Position numbers and translations under genes: made by a program
Shown: in pieces, positions 13,180 to 26,315 of the stretch
Numbering within the stretch: the stretch's first letter is position 1
How the letters are laid out: every line of letters starts with the position of its first letter
Origin: the human T2T-CHM13v2.0 reference genome, Homo sapiens
DNA length: 64,000 nucleotides
Strand: one strand, 5' to 3'
Assembly: GCF_009914755.1 (NCBI RefSeq)
Contig: NC_060925.1
The notes under the pieces: generated by a model
What the model saw: only the letters and a program-made list of their open reading frames with translations
Told to the model about the DNA's origin: nothing
The model's database searches: none

Positions 13180-13682
13180 ATTTTAAATAGCTTTTATGGA
13201 GGTATAATTGACACACAAGAAATTCGCATGAAGTGTATAATTTGTTATGTTTTGACTTATGTAAACACTGGTGTGACCATTCCCACAATCAAGATAATGA
13301 ACATATTATTATGCCAAATCACACCAACTGGTTCCTTGGTTCCTTCCTAATGCTTCCCTCACTTTAGCCATAAACAACCCTCCTCCCAGGAAACAACTGA
13401 TCTGCTTTCTGCCACTATAGATTAGTGCACATTTCACTTAAATTGAACTATAAGCCATGTAATCTTTTTGAGGGGGTGGAATTAGACTTGGAACGGTGTA
13501 ACTTATTTTACTTAGTATAATTAGTCTGAGATTTATACAACTTGTTTCATACCTCAATTGTTTGTCATGTTTATTACTGGAAAATATTCCATTGTAAGAA
13601 TATACTACAATTTGTTTATCGATTTATGTGTTCATAAACATTTGAGTTGTTTCTAGTTTTCGGCTATAACAAATACAGTTGT
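13180..13682 (-). mobile_element. Old L1M 3' portion
   Basis: ggtataattgacac..caatcaagataatgaacat..aaacaactgatctgctttctgccactatagattag. Confidence 0.75.
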
Positions 13683-15060
13683 TGGGCCGAGAGTGGTGGC
13701 TCACATCTGTAATTCCAGGTGTGATATAAAGGAAAATCTGCAGAAGCAAATGCAGAAATAAGTATCATGACATCTTTCTGCCTTTATCCAATATTAACTT
13801 ATTAAGCATCTACTGGGCATGCTATTTGAGGAGAAGCACGAATGAATAAAACTCATATTTCACTTTAAGAATATCACAGTACAGTTGGAGAATTTACTTT
13901 CATAAACACAACATCTCAAGATTTACACTTGGAAGTCATCACAGTAAAATCAGAGTAATAAACATACATTGAAACATTAATGCATCAAGGTCTTAACTGC
14001 CTGGATGCAGACATAATATTTTAATTATGAAAATTTCACTTTCAGTAGAGGAATGAAAAACATGGAAACTGTAAAAAAAAACAATAATGAATTAATTTAT
14101 TTAATTAAGAGTTTGAGCAAATATAATTTTCTAAGCTCTAAACTGTTGGGATACCAAATTGAATAAACTTTTTTCCTCAGAAAGCTCAAGTATAGTAAAT
14201 CATTGTTAGAAATTTAGTATTATTAGTGCTGACATAGGATAAGTTTATATGTATAGTACCATGCAAATTCAAATTGTGTTCAAGTATTGAAAACAGGGGG
14301 CCAAGGTGGCTTCCCAGAAGAGATGGCACCTCTGTCATAGTTTATTAACATCTGTATGTTCCCACTCCTTACAGATTTCTTTATCTTTTGAAGGGTTCAT
14401 AGTCTAGTAACTCTCATTCCTCGCACAGCATTTTAGAAATTAAAAGCTTCCAATTACCTTGAATATAAAAATATGTGCTTCTGCCATCATAGATATATAC
14501 TGCTTAATGCTTTCTTGTACTGAAACCAATTCAAAGAAATACGAGAGAAGAAAAAAAGAAAAACACAGGGAGAGAGAGTGAAATTTCAGCTTCCACTGAG
14601 AAGTGAGATTCTAAAAGATGGAATCTTTGAGTCTCAAGCTATGACTCAGTATTCTCAAACACAATTAGATAGTTGGTACGTCCTTTTCTTCTTGGATAGG
14701 ATATATTAATAAGATATCTTTATCCTGACTTATCCATGAAGGAAGAATTAATAAGTAAGATGGGGGTGCTCGTATTAACTTATTGGACTCAGTAACCAAC
14801 TATGAGATGTGAGTGCTGTTGCCCACTATAGAATCATAATTAGCATTTCTCTGACACAAGTGATCAAATTTTATATTTTGAATTAATCATTTGGGTGTCC
14901 TCTTTTGTGAAGTGATTGTTTAAACCATTTGCCCATTTTAGCTGGATTGACAATCTTTTCCACTTTTTTAAAGATATACTTTATATATGCTGGATATAGG
15001 TTTGTTTGCCAGATGTATACACGACAAATATCTTCTTACAGTTTTATGCCATGCTTTTTC

Positions 15061-16361
15061 TTTTTTTTTCTAATAAGAATTTTTATTTTATTTTATTTTT
15101 TTATTATACTTTAAGTTCTAGGGTACATGTGCACAACGTGCAGGTTTATTACATATGTATACATGTGACATATTGGTGTGCTGCACCCATTAACTCGTCA
15201 TTTACATTAGGTATATCTCCTAATGCTATCCCTCCCTGCTCCCCGCACCCCATGACGGGCTCCGGCGTGTGATGTTCCCCTTCTTGTGTCCAAGTGTTCT
15301 CATTGTTCAGTTCCCACCTATGAGTAAGAACATGCAGTGTTTGGTTTTTTGTCTTTGTGATAGTTTGCTGAGAATGATGGTTTCCAGCTTCATCCATGTC
15401 CCTACAAAGGACATGAACTCATCTTTTTTATGGCTGCATAGTATTCCATGGTGTATATGTGCCACATTTTCTTAATCCAGTCTATCATTGATGGACATTT
15501 GTGTTGGTTCCAGGTCTTTGCTACTGTGAATAGTGCTGCAATAAACATATGTGTGCATGTGTCGTTATAGCAGCATGATTTATAATCCTTTGGGTATATA
15601 CCCAGTAATGGGATGGCTGGGTCAAATGGTATTTCTAGTTCTAGATCCTAGTTCTAGATCCACAATGGTTGAACTAGTTTACAGTCCCACCAACAGTGAA
15701 AAAGTGTTCCTATTTCTCCACATCCTCTCCAGTACCTGTTGTTTCCTGATTTTTTAATGATCGCCATTCTAACTGGTGTGAGATGATATCTCATTGTGGT
15801 TTTGATTTGCATTTCTCTGATGGCCAGTGATGATGAGCAAAACAAGAAATGGGGAAAGGATTCCCTATTTAATAAATGGTGCTGGGAAAACTGGCTAGCC
15901 ATATGTAGAAAGCTGAAACTGGATCCCTTCCTTACACCTTATACAAAAAATTAATTCAAGATGGATCAAAGACTTAAATGTTAGACCTAAAACCATAAAA
16001 ACCCTAGAAGAAAACCTAGGCATTACCATTCAGGACATAGGCATAGGCAAAGCCTTCATGACTAAAACACCAAAAGCAATGGCAAAACAGCCACAATTGA
16101 CAAATGGGATCTAATTAAACTAAAGAGCTTCTTCTGCACAGCAAAAGAAACTATCATCAGAGTGAACAGGCAACCTACAGAATGGGAGAAAATTTTTGCA
16201 ATCTACTCATCTGACAAAGGGCTAATATGCAGAATCTACGAAGAACTCAAACAAATTTACAAGAAACAAACAAACAACCCCATCAAAAAGTAGGTGAAGG
16301 ATATGAACAGACACTTCTCAAAAGAAGACATTTATGCAGCCAACAGACACATGAAAAAATG
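15061..16361 (-). mobile_element. L1PA4/5-like, 5'-truncated with twin-priming inversion (15061-15839 minus, 15840-16361 plus)
   Basis: The two arms rejoin at ..gaaaaaatg|ctcatcatcactggcc; TSD tgccatgctttttc (15047-15060) / tggcatgctttttc (16362-16375). Confidence 0.93.
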
Positions 16362-17509
16362 TGGCATGCTTTTTCAAAATTCTTTCAATAAAATTATTAA
16401 TTCTTCTGATGAATTCTGTAAGTTTAAGAGGTTATTAAATTTAATACAATGCTTATTTCTTGATTTATTCCTTTTATCTATTTTATTATCCCAGTACATG
16501 TAACTTACGGTCATGATTTAGCTTACTACAATTAAAAAGAATTTCAAAAAAAAAGTATTCACACTTTTTTTTCATTACAAATATCTTGCTTGTCTGGCCA
16601 ATTAGTATTCTACAGACACATAATATTTGCTTCTTGAACTCATAAACCTCATCAATATCATTGACTGGTATTTTCGTGCAAATTTTGGATAACTGATAAT
16701 AGCTTTATGACATTGAAAAATTCTATTCATGAACACAGTATATAATCCTATTTAATTATATTTGTTCATTGTTCATTATATTTTTCACATGTTTATATAT
16801 TCTGCCAACAAATAATATTCTTGATGCATTATCAAGTGGGATATTAAAAAACATCTCAAAGTTGATAGTGGTGTATGAACTTGCATGGCTTTCATGTATT
16901 TATCTCAAGAATTCTCACTAACTTTCTAACTTCTCTTAATATCTAAAAACAATGTTCATAAATTATTATAATTATTGATGACAATAACCCAAGTCTACTA
17001 AGTCGTAATAGAAGAAATTCTTCTTAGCCATCTTATTTTAGTTCAGTGTAATTAATATTGATCTATTAACTAGATGGAAGAGAAAATTTATTTCACCCTA
17101 GTGTCCAGGGGTGGCTTTTTTCTTGAATGGTACTTTGTTGAATATTTTTCTATAGTGAGATAATTTTAGCATTTTATCATGTGTTAATGTGTTAATCTGT
17201 TATAATAGGTTTCATTACGTTGATGAAAACTTGCACTACGGGAGTAATTCGAATGTGGTCATGATTTTTTATTGATGTACTGTTTTGTTTTTTATACTGA
17301 AACCTACGTCTCCTGTAAGGATTGGCCTGTCACTCCTTTTCTTCTAATGCCATTGTATGGTTTTGGTGTGAAGCTACATCTAAATATCTAAAATATGTTA
17401 GATCATATTTCTACTTTCCCCACTAGACTTTGCATGCGTTAAATATATATATATATATTGCTTAAATATTGAGTACAATTCACCTTTGCAAGTACTCATG
17501 CTGGATTTT

Positions 17510-17716
17510 TTTTTTCTTTTTTAAAAACTTGATTTAGAGTATGCAAGTGCAGTTTTGTTACACCGATATATTGCATAGTGGTAAAGTCTGGGCTTTTATA
17601 ACTTACCTATCACCCAAATAATGAACACTATACCCAATAGGTAACTTTCCAATCCCCACTTCCACACCAACCTCCCCCCTTTTGGAGGCTCCAATGTCTA
17701 TTATTCTCTTCTGTAT
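17510..17716 (-). mobile_element. Short L1PB3/4-like 3' end
   Basis: gtgcagttttgttacac..ttgcatagtggtaaagtctgggcttt..ctccaatgtctattattc; TSD-like atgctggatt / atgctagata. Confidence 0.75.
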
Positions 17717-17851
17717 GCTAGATATTTTCTTTATGGAAATATTTTCTCATCCCTGATTCAGTTTCTATAGTATCGTAGGATAATTTGGGCTTTACACTTC
17801 TTCCTGAGTCAGTTCCATACAATTTAACTCATTTAAAAATATTTTCATATT

Positions 17852-18015
17852 GGGCATGATGGGGAGTGTCTGTAATCCCAGCTACTTAAGAGGCTAAGGC
17901 CTTGAGTTCACTTGAGTTCAGGGGTTTAGGCTGTAGTGTGCCATGATCACACCTGTGAAAAGCCACTTTGCACTGTAGCCTGGGCAACGTAGCAACAACT
18001 ATTTTGCTAAAAAAA
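17852..18015 (+). mobile_element. FAM (fossil Alu monomer)
   Basis: tgtaatcccagctac..cctgtgaaaagccactttgcactgtagcctgggcaac, monomeric. Confidence 0.7.
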
Positions 18016-18289
18016 TTAAAATAAGCCAACAAAATTGTTTTAAAGTATTTCTATTTCATGTAAGTCTGCTATTCACTAATATATAATAATAGTTTCAGAA
18101 TGTTTTAGTCTTTCAAAAATGTATGTGACATGTATAATATTTTTGTGACATCTATGACATTATGTAGATAATAATATATAAATTATATTATTATAAATGT
18201 AATTTATATTCATTAATAAACATAAATTACACATACAATTTTCAAATATTTTCTCCCATTCATCGTGGATTGTCTTTTCGATGGTGTAC

Positions 18290-19136
<847 letters not shown>

Positions 19137-19219
19137 TCAATTTGTCACTTATTTATTTTAAATCCTGCCCTCAAACATTGGACTTCAAGTTCTCCTATAT
19201 AGGGGAGTTTCAACTCTCC

Positions 19220-19621
19220 CATATAGGGGAGTTTATTAAGGGGTATTAAACTCACATGATCACAACGTCCCACAATAGGCCATCTGCAGGCTGAGGAGCA
19301 AGGAAGCCAGTCCGAGTCCCAAAGCTGAAGAACTTGAAGTCCAATATTTGAGGGCAGGAAGCATCCAGCAAGGGAGACAGATGTAGGCTGGGAGGCTAGG
19401 CTCAGTCCAGTCTTTTCATGTTCTCCTGCCTGTGCTGAAGAATTGTCCTAACTGTGCTGGCAGCCAGATTGTGCCCACTCAGATAAAAGGGTGTGTTGGC
19501 CTTTCCCAGCCCACTTACTCAAATGTTAACCTCCTTTGTCAACACCTTCAGAGGTACACCCAGGATCAATACTTTTCCTCCTTCAATCCATTCAATTTGA
19601 CACCCAGTATTAACCATTACA
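19220..19621 (-). mobile_element. MLT2A LTR (3' LTR of HERV-L), outer end lost or rearranged
   Basis: ggagtttattaag..cccacaataggcc..gccagtccgagtcccaaagctgaagaacttg..attaaccattaca; homologous to 25644-26315. Confidence 0.9.
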
Positions 19622-22600
19622 TATCCACTCCTTGTGAACTTAACCTATACACATCTCCTGAGATCATACATAATCTTCAAATAAAGACAATAATAAAGTC
19701 TTAATTATGCCTAACATGATACAACTATCCTTCATACAACCAGAAACACACCAATCCCCAACCCAAATGCTATTATATAAAGTTAACAACACTTAAATGC
19801 TGATATGAAGTCAATAATTTTATGTCACATGATAAAGAAAAAAGGAAATAAAATGAAGGGATTTCCTTAGTACAAGTGCATACATTCACAAACATGTTTT
19901 TATCAAAAGGAGGATAAAAAAGTAATGACAATTACAATCCCTGTTTCTGCAACTGGTCACGTGGTCATAGCTGGTATTGATGACTACCTACTTTTACTAC
20001 CCATTCTGTGTTACCTTTGCTTTCAGCAAGCACCTCAGCAGGTTGTGTTTCTTCTCCCAGTGGAGTGACCCAAATCTTCATTTCTGAAGGGTCTGGGGCA
20101 TTTGTAGTCCTGCCTGGATTGGGCTGCTGTAATTTTCCATTGACCTTAATCACAGGACATGGTAATACTAAGAGAGCCCCAAGGGGTCTCCTGTATTCCA
20201 TGAATACTCTTCCTTACCTCCACTGTGGGGTAGTAGGCTGATTTCATCTAGATAATTCCGGTCAACCACCCCAGCCAACACTGTAACTCCCTTCTTAGCC
20301 TGTTGACTTAAGAATAGGAGGAGAACAAAGTGTCCAGGGGGCAATCTTAACTTCCAGTTTAATGGAATTTTTGTTGGGTCTCCTGGTGGCAGTGCTCCTC
20401 ACTCTGGAACTAAGACCTCTAGGCCAGCAGAAGATAATGTTGCAGGAACAGGAAGCAAAAATTTTGCTAGTGGATCACTAGAGGCGATGGTGAGTGGTGC
20501 CACTTCCACTTCCACCCCTTGGTTCCTGGACCCATGAATCCTGGCGATGGGAGAAACAGTACTATATAATGGACACTGATTCAGCATGTACACGGCCTTC
20601 TGGAGAACTTTGCCCCACCCTTGCAAAGTATTGTCACCTAGATGGCATTGTAATTGTGACTTCAAAAGGCCATTCCACCATTCTATCAATCCAGCTGCTT
20701 CAGGATGATGGGGAACATGGTAAGACCAGTGAATTCCATGAGCATGAGCCCACTGCCACACTTCTTTAACCATAGACTGCCTTGGTCAGAGGCAATGCTG
20801 TGTGGAATACCATGACGGTGGATAAAGCATTCCATGAGTCCACAGATGGAAGTCCTTGCAGAAGTATTGCATGCATGATAGGCAAACCTGTATCCAGAGT
20901 AAGGGTCTATTCCAGTAAAGACAAACCTCTGCCATTTTCATGATGGAAGAGGTCCAATATAATCAACCTGCCACCAAGTAGCTGGCTGTTCACCCCGAGG
21001 AATTGTGCCATATCAAGGGCTCAGTGTTGGTCTCTGCTGCTGGCAAATTGGGAACTCAGCAGTGGCCATAGCTAGGTCAGCCTTGGTGAGGGGAAATTCA
21101 TGTTGCTGAGCCCATGCATAACTTTCATCCCTGCCACCATGGCCACCTTGTTCATGGGCCCATTAGGCAATGACAGGTGGCTGGTGGTGAGTGGTGTCCA
21201 CAGAACAGGTTATCCTATTCACTTGATTATTAAAATCTTCCTCGGCTGAGGTCACCTATTGGTGAGCACGGACATGGAATACAAATATCTTCACAGTTTT
21301 AGACAACTAGGAAAGTTTCATCCACATACCTCTTCCCCAAATTTCTTTGTTACCAATTTTCCAATCATGCTTCTTCCAAGTCCCTGACCATCCAGTCAAA
21401 CAATTGGCTACAGCCTATGAATCAGTATATAATCACACATCTGGCCATTTCTCCTTCCATGCAAAGTGCACAACCAGGTGCACTGCTTGAATTTCTGCCC
21501 ACTGGGAAGGTTTCCCTTCACCGCTGTTCTTCAGGGATGTCCTAGAAAGGATCTGTAGTGCTGCAGCTGTCCACTCTCTGGTTGTGCCTGCATATTGTAC
21601 AGAAACATCTGCAAATCAGGCCCTAGTTCTCTCTTCCTCTGTCAACTGATCATAGGGAACTCCACATGAGGCCATTGGTGCAGGCTGGGGGAGAGAAGGC
21701 AGGGTGGCAGGACTGGAGACCATGGGCATTTGAGCTATTTCCTCATGTAACTTACTTGTGCCTTCAGAACCTGCTGGAGCCCGATCAAGTATATATTACT
21801 TTCATTTGATGATGGAATGCTGCTGTCTATGACCCACTTTATGGCTGGATGGGTCAGAAAGCACCCAGTTCATGACAGGCAGTTCAGGTCACATGTTGAC
21901 TTGATGATCCATAGTCAAATCTTTGGTTTCAACCAAAGCCCAGTAATAGGCCCAAGAGCTGTCTCTCAAAAGGAGAGTAGTTATCTGCAGAAGATGGCAG
22001 GGCGTTGCTCCGAAATCCTAGAGGCCTCCACTGTGGTTCACCTATGGGGACCTGCCAGAGGCTCCAACAGCATCCCTATCTGCCACTGACACCTCAAGCA
22101 CTATTGAATCAGCTGGGTCATATGGCCCAAGTGGCAGAGCAGCTGACACAGCAGCTTGAGCCTATTGCAGAGCCTTCTCCTGTTCTGGACCCAACTCAAA
22201 ACTGGCAGCCTTTTGGGTCACTCAGTAAACAGGCTGGAGTAACACACCCAAATAAGGAATTTGTTGCCTCCAAAATCCAAATAGGTCCACTAGGCGTTGT
22301 GCCTCTTTCGCCTCTTTCTTGGTTGTAGGAAGGACCAAATGCAGCCACTTATTCTTCACCTTAGAAGAAATATCTCAACTGGCCCCACACCACTGGACCC
22401 CTAGACATTTTACTGAGGTAGAACTTTCCTGAATTTTAGTCCGATTTGCTTCCTATCCTCTGGCATGCAAATGTCTCACCAATAAGTCCAGCATGTTTGC
22501 TACTTCTTGCTCAATGGATCCAATCAGCTGCTGGGCCATTTGTAGTCCTGCCTGGATTGGGCTGCTGTAGTTTCCCATTGATCTTAATCACAGGGCTTGG

Positions 22601-24365
22601 TAATCCTAACATCATCAATGTAATGGACCAGTGTGATATCTTGTGGAAGTGAAAAGTGATCAAAGTCTCTTCAAACAAGATTATGACACAAAGCCCGCGA
22701 GTTGATATACCCATGAGGTAGGACAGTGAAGGTATACTGCTGGCCTTGCCAGCTGAAGGCAAATTGCTTCTGGTGGGCCTTATGGACAAGAATGGAGAAA
22801 AAGGCATTTGCCAAATCAATGGCTGCATACTAGGTACCAGGAGATGTGTTAATTGGCTGAAGCCACGAAACCACATCTGCTATTGCAGCTGCAATTGGAG
22901 TCACCACTTGGTTAAGCTTATGATAATCCACTGTAATTCTCCAAGATTCATCTGTCTTCTGCACAGGCCAAATGGGAAAGTTGAAAGGGGATGTGGTGGG
23001 AATAACCACCCCTGTGTCTTTCAAGTCCTTGATGGTGGTACTAATCTCTGCAATTTCTCTAGGGATGTAATACTGTTTTTGATTTATTACTTTTCTAGGT
23101 AGAGGCAGCTCTAATGGTTTCCATTTGGTGTTTTCCACCATAAAATCCCTAACCTTACGAGTCAGGGATCCAAGGTGGGGGTTCTGCCAGCTGCTAAGTA
23201 TGTCTATGCCAATTATTCATTCTGGCACTGGGGAAAAGACCATAGGATGAGTCCAGGGACTCACTCACTGGACCCACTGTAAGTTTGACCTTAGTTAAAA
23301 CTCCATTAATTACCTGACCTCCATAACCCTCTACTTGTACTGGAGGACCACAATGATGTTTTGGGTTCCCTGGAATCAATGTCAGCTCAGAACGAGTGTC
23401 CAGTAGTCCCCAACATGTCTGATGATTTCCCTTTCCCCAGTGCACAGTTACCCTTGTAAAATGCCAGGGTTCGCCCCGGGGAAGGATGGGAGAAAGATTG
23501 ACATTGTAAATTTTTGGTAGTGTAGTGGGGTCCTTACTGAAAAGGACCTGGCCTCCCCTTCATTCAGGGGGTTCTGGGTCTGTAAACTGGCTCAAGTCTG
23601 AAAATTAGTTGAGGGGCCCATGATTCTCTCTTTTCATAATTCAAACTAGTCTTTTGTTCACTCGACCTGGAAGTTTTCTGCTTTTATAAATTAAGTAGGA
23701 ATGCAATAGGCTTCCTGTCAATTTCACTTCTAGGAACAGCATGATTAATTAGCCAATGACAGAGCTCTATACAAGTCAGACAATTCTGATTGCTAGTTTG
23801 CCTCTGCTGTTCATTATGGTAGCTATGCCCACCTTGCCTTTGATAGTTGACTGCACCACTTGGCCCCTGCCACCTCGGGATCCAACTATTCCGACTGAAT
23901 TTACATTTTGTAGTAGAGTGGCTGTGGTTCCCACTGTTAGAGCTGACATACAGAGAAGAGCAAGTACAAGGCTCTTCAAAGATGCAGGTGCTGCCCTCAC
24001 AAATCTATTTTGCAAAGCATTGGTCAGGGGTATAGCTTCTGGACCCTCCCAGCTGGGATGAGGAGGTCTAATGTGACTAATCCACTTCAGCATCCCAATC
24101 TCCCTAAGCCTTTGGATTCCTTCCTCTACATTAAACCAGGGGAGACAACACATTTGCAGCTCTCTCACAGTGGGCCAGCTTTTAATCCATATTTCAGCTA
24201 AACAAACAAAGTATTAGAAGCTTTTTTAACTGCCCAAGTGCAACATTGAATGCAGAATCCATCCTTAGTGGGCCAAATCAATAAATTCAGCCTGATCCGA
24301 CTCTATGTTCCTTCCACCATCATCCCACACCCTTAATATCCATTCTCTTGCCTCTTCTCAAGATT

Positions 24366-24666
<301 letters not shown>

Positions 24667-25624
24667 AAGATTTCTGCTTATATAAATTAGAAAACTCAAG
24701 CAGTTCTTTTTGAATGTAGCACACCTCCTCATGGGTCACACTCTGAACCTCACCTTTAGGGGCCTGATGGGACTTTAGTTATAGGTCTAGAAACAAACAT
24801 AGGTGTTGGGGTGGCTCCTGAGAAGAATCAACATTATCTTGCCTGGTAGCTGCCTCAGGGGAGGCCATCACTGTCACCTCAGGCAGTGCAGGGTTTATCT
24901 CCTCAGACAAATATGGAAAGGCTGATGGCAGTGTGGATTGGGGAGGAGATGTTGCCACTACTGGGGATGGGAAAGCTGTCTCTTCTGGCAAAGAAGATTC
25001 ATCAGAGTTTGCAAGCTCAGGGTCCTCAGCTTTATCAGGGTCCTCCCACACATCCCCATTCCAAGTTGCAGGATCCCAATATGTTCCAGTCAATGCCCTC
25101 ACTTTAACAGTAGACACCTGGTGAGGCTGTGCATGCACCTTTCATTGCAGGTCAGCCACGTGCATGATAGGAGTTTGTGTCAGATTTTCCACGATTTTAG
25201 GTCTTTCTCTACAGGAGATAAGACTCTCACTCAGGGCAATCTTAGCAGATTTGAGGCTCAGTATCTGCTTCAGAAGCCATGAGTTAGAATCCCTGAGCTC
25301 ATCATTTTCTTTCATAATTTTGTCCACTGAACTTAGGAGGAACCAACCAGCTTCATTATGTTCCTTGGTTCTCCACGTATGGTCAAAAGTATGATGTAGA
25401 GAGTCACTAAACTCCTTGTCTCTCATGAGTGGTGAATCAGGATGTCAAATGCACTTATTTTGCATAACTCTCTAAACAGTTCACACCAAGGGCTATCAGT
25501 GTTCTCCATACTATTGGAAGTAGAGCTCTTAGCATTTTTGGGTCTAATCATATTAAGCAGCCAATTCCAGAAACCTCCAAACCAATGAAAGAACTCCATC
25601 CTTAATATTCTGTTCCACTAGAAT

Positions 25625-25638
25625 CACTCCTGGTACCA
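25625..25638 (-). other. Primer-binding site complementary to the tRNA-Leu(TAA) 3' end
   Basis: cactcctggtacca, 5 nt inside the 5' LTR, matches the recalled tRNA-Leu 3' terminus ..CCCACUCCUGGUACCA. Confidence 0.8.
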
Positions 25639-25643
25639 AAATC

Positions 25644-26315
25644 TGTATTAGTCAAGGTTCTGTAGAGGCACAGAACTAATAGGATATATGTATATACATA
25701 CATACATACATACATATATATACACATGTATATACATACATATATACACACATATGTATATACATACGTATATACACATGTATATACATACATATATACA
25801 CACATATGTATATACATACATATATACACATGTATATACATATATATATACACATGTATATACATACATATATATATATACACATGTATATACATACATA
25901 TATATATACACACACACACACACATATGAGTTTATTAAGGAGTATTAAACTCGCATGATCGCAATGTCCCACAATAGGCCCGCTGCATGCTGAGTATCAA
26001 GGAAGCCAGTCCGAGTCCCAAAGCTGAAGAACTTGAAGTCTGATGTTCAAGGGCAGGAAGAATCCAGCACAGGAGAAAGATGTAGGCTGAGAGGCTAAGT
26101 CATTCTAGTCTCTTCACGTTCTTCTGCCTGCTTTTATCCTAGGCACACTGGCAGCTGATTAGATTGTGCCCACTCAGATTAAGGGTGGGTTGGCCTTTCA
26201 CAGCCCACTGACTCAAATGTTAACCTACTTTGCCAACACCCTCACAGACACAACCAGGATCAGTACTTTGCATCCTTCAATCCAATCAAGTTGACACTCA
26301 CTATTAACCATCACA
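25644..26315 (-). mobile_element. MLT2A LTR (5' LTR of HERV-L)
   Basis: Termini tgtattagtc..aaccatcaca; adjacent PBS. Confidence 0.92.
25684..25927. repeat. Expanded (TA/CA/TACA)n microsatellite inside the LTR
   Basis: ~240 bp of alternating purine-pyrimidine repeat, absent from the sister LTR. Confidence 0.95.

Noticed and set aside
25602-25972. Multiple C/V/Y/I/H/T-rich ORFs (also 42387-42757 and 62534-63030)
   Set aside because: Translations of stop-free TA/CA/TG microsatellites
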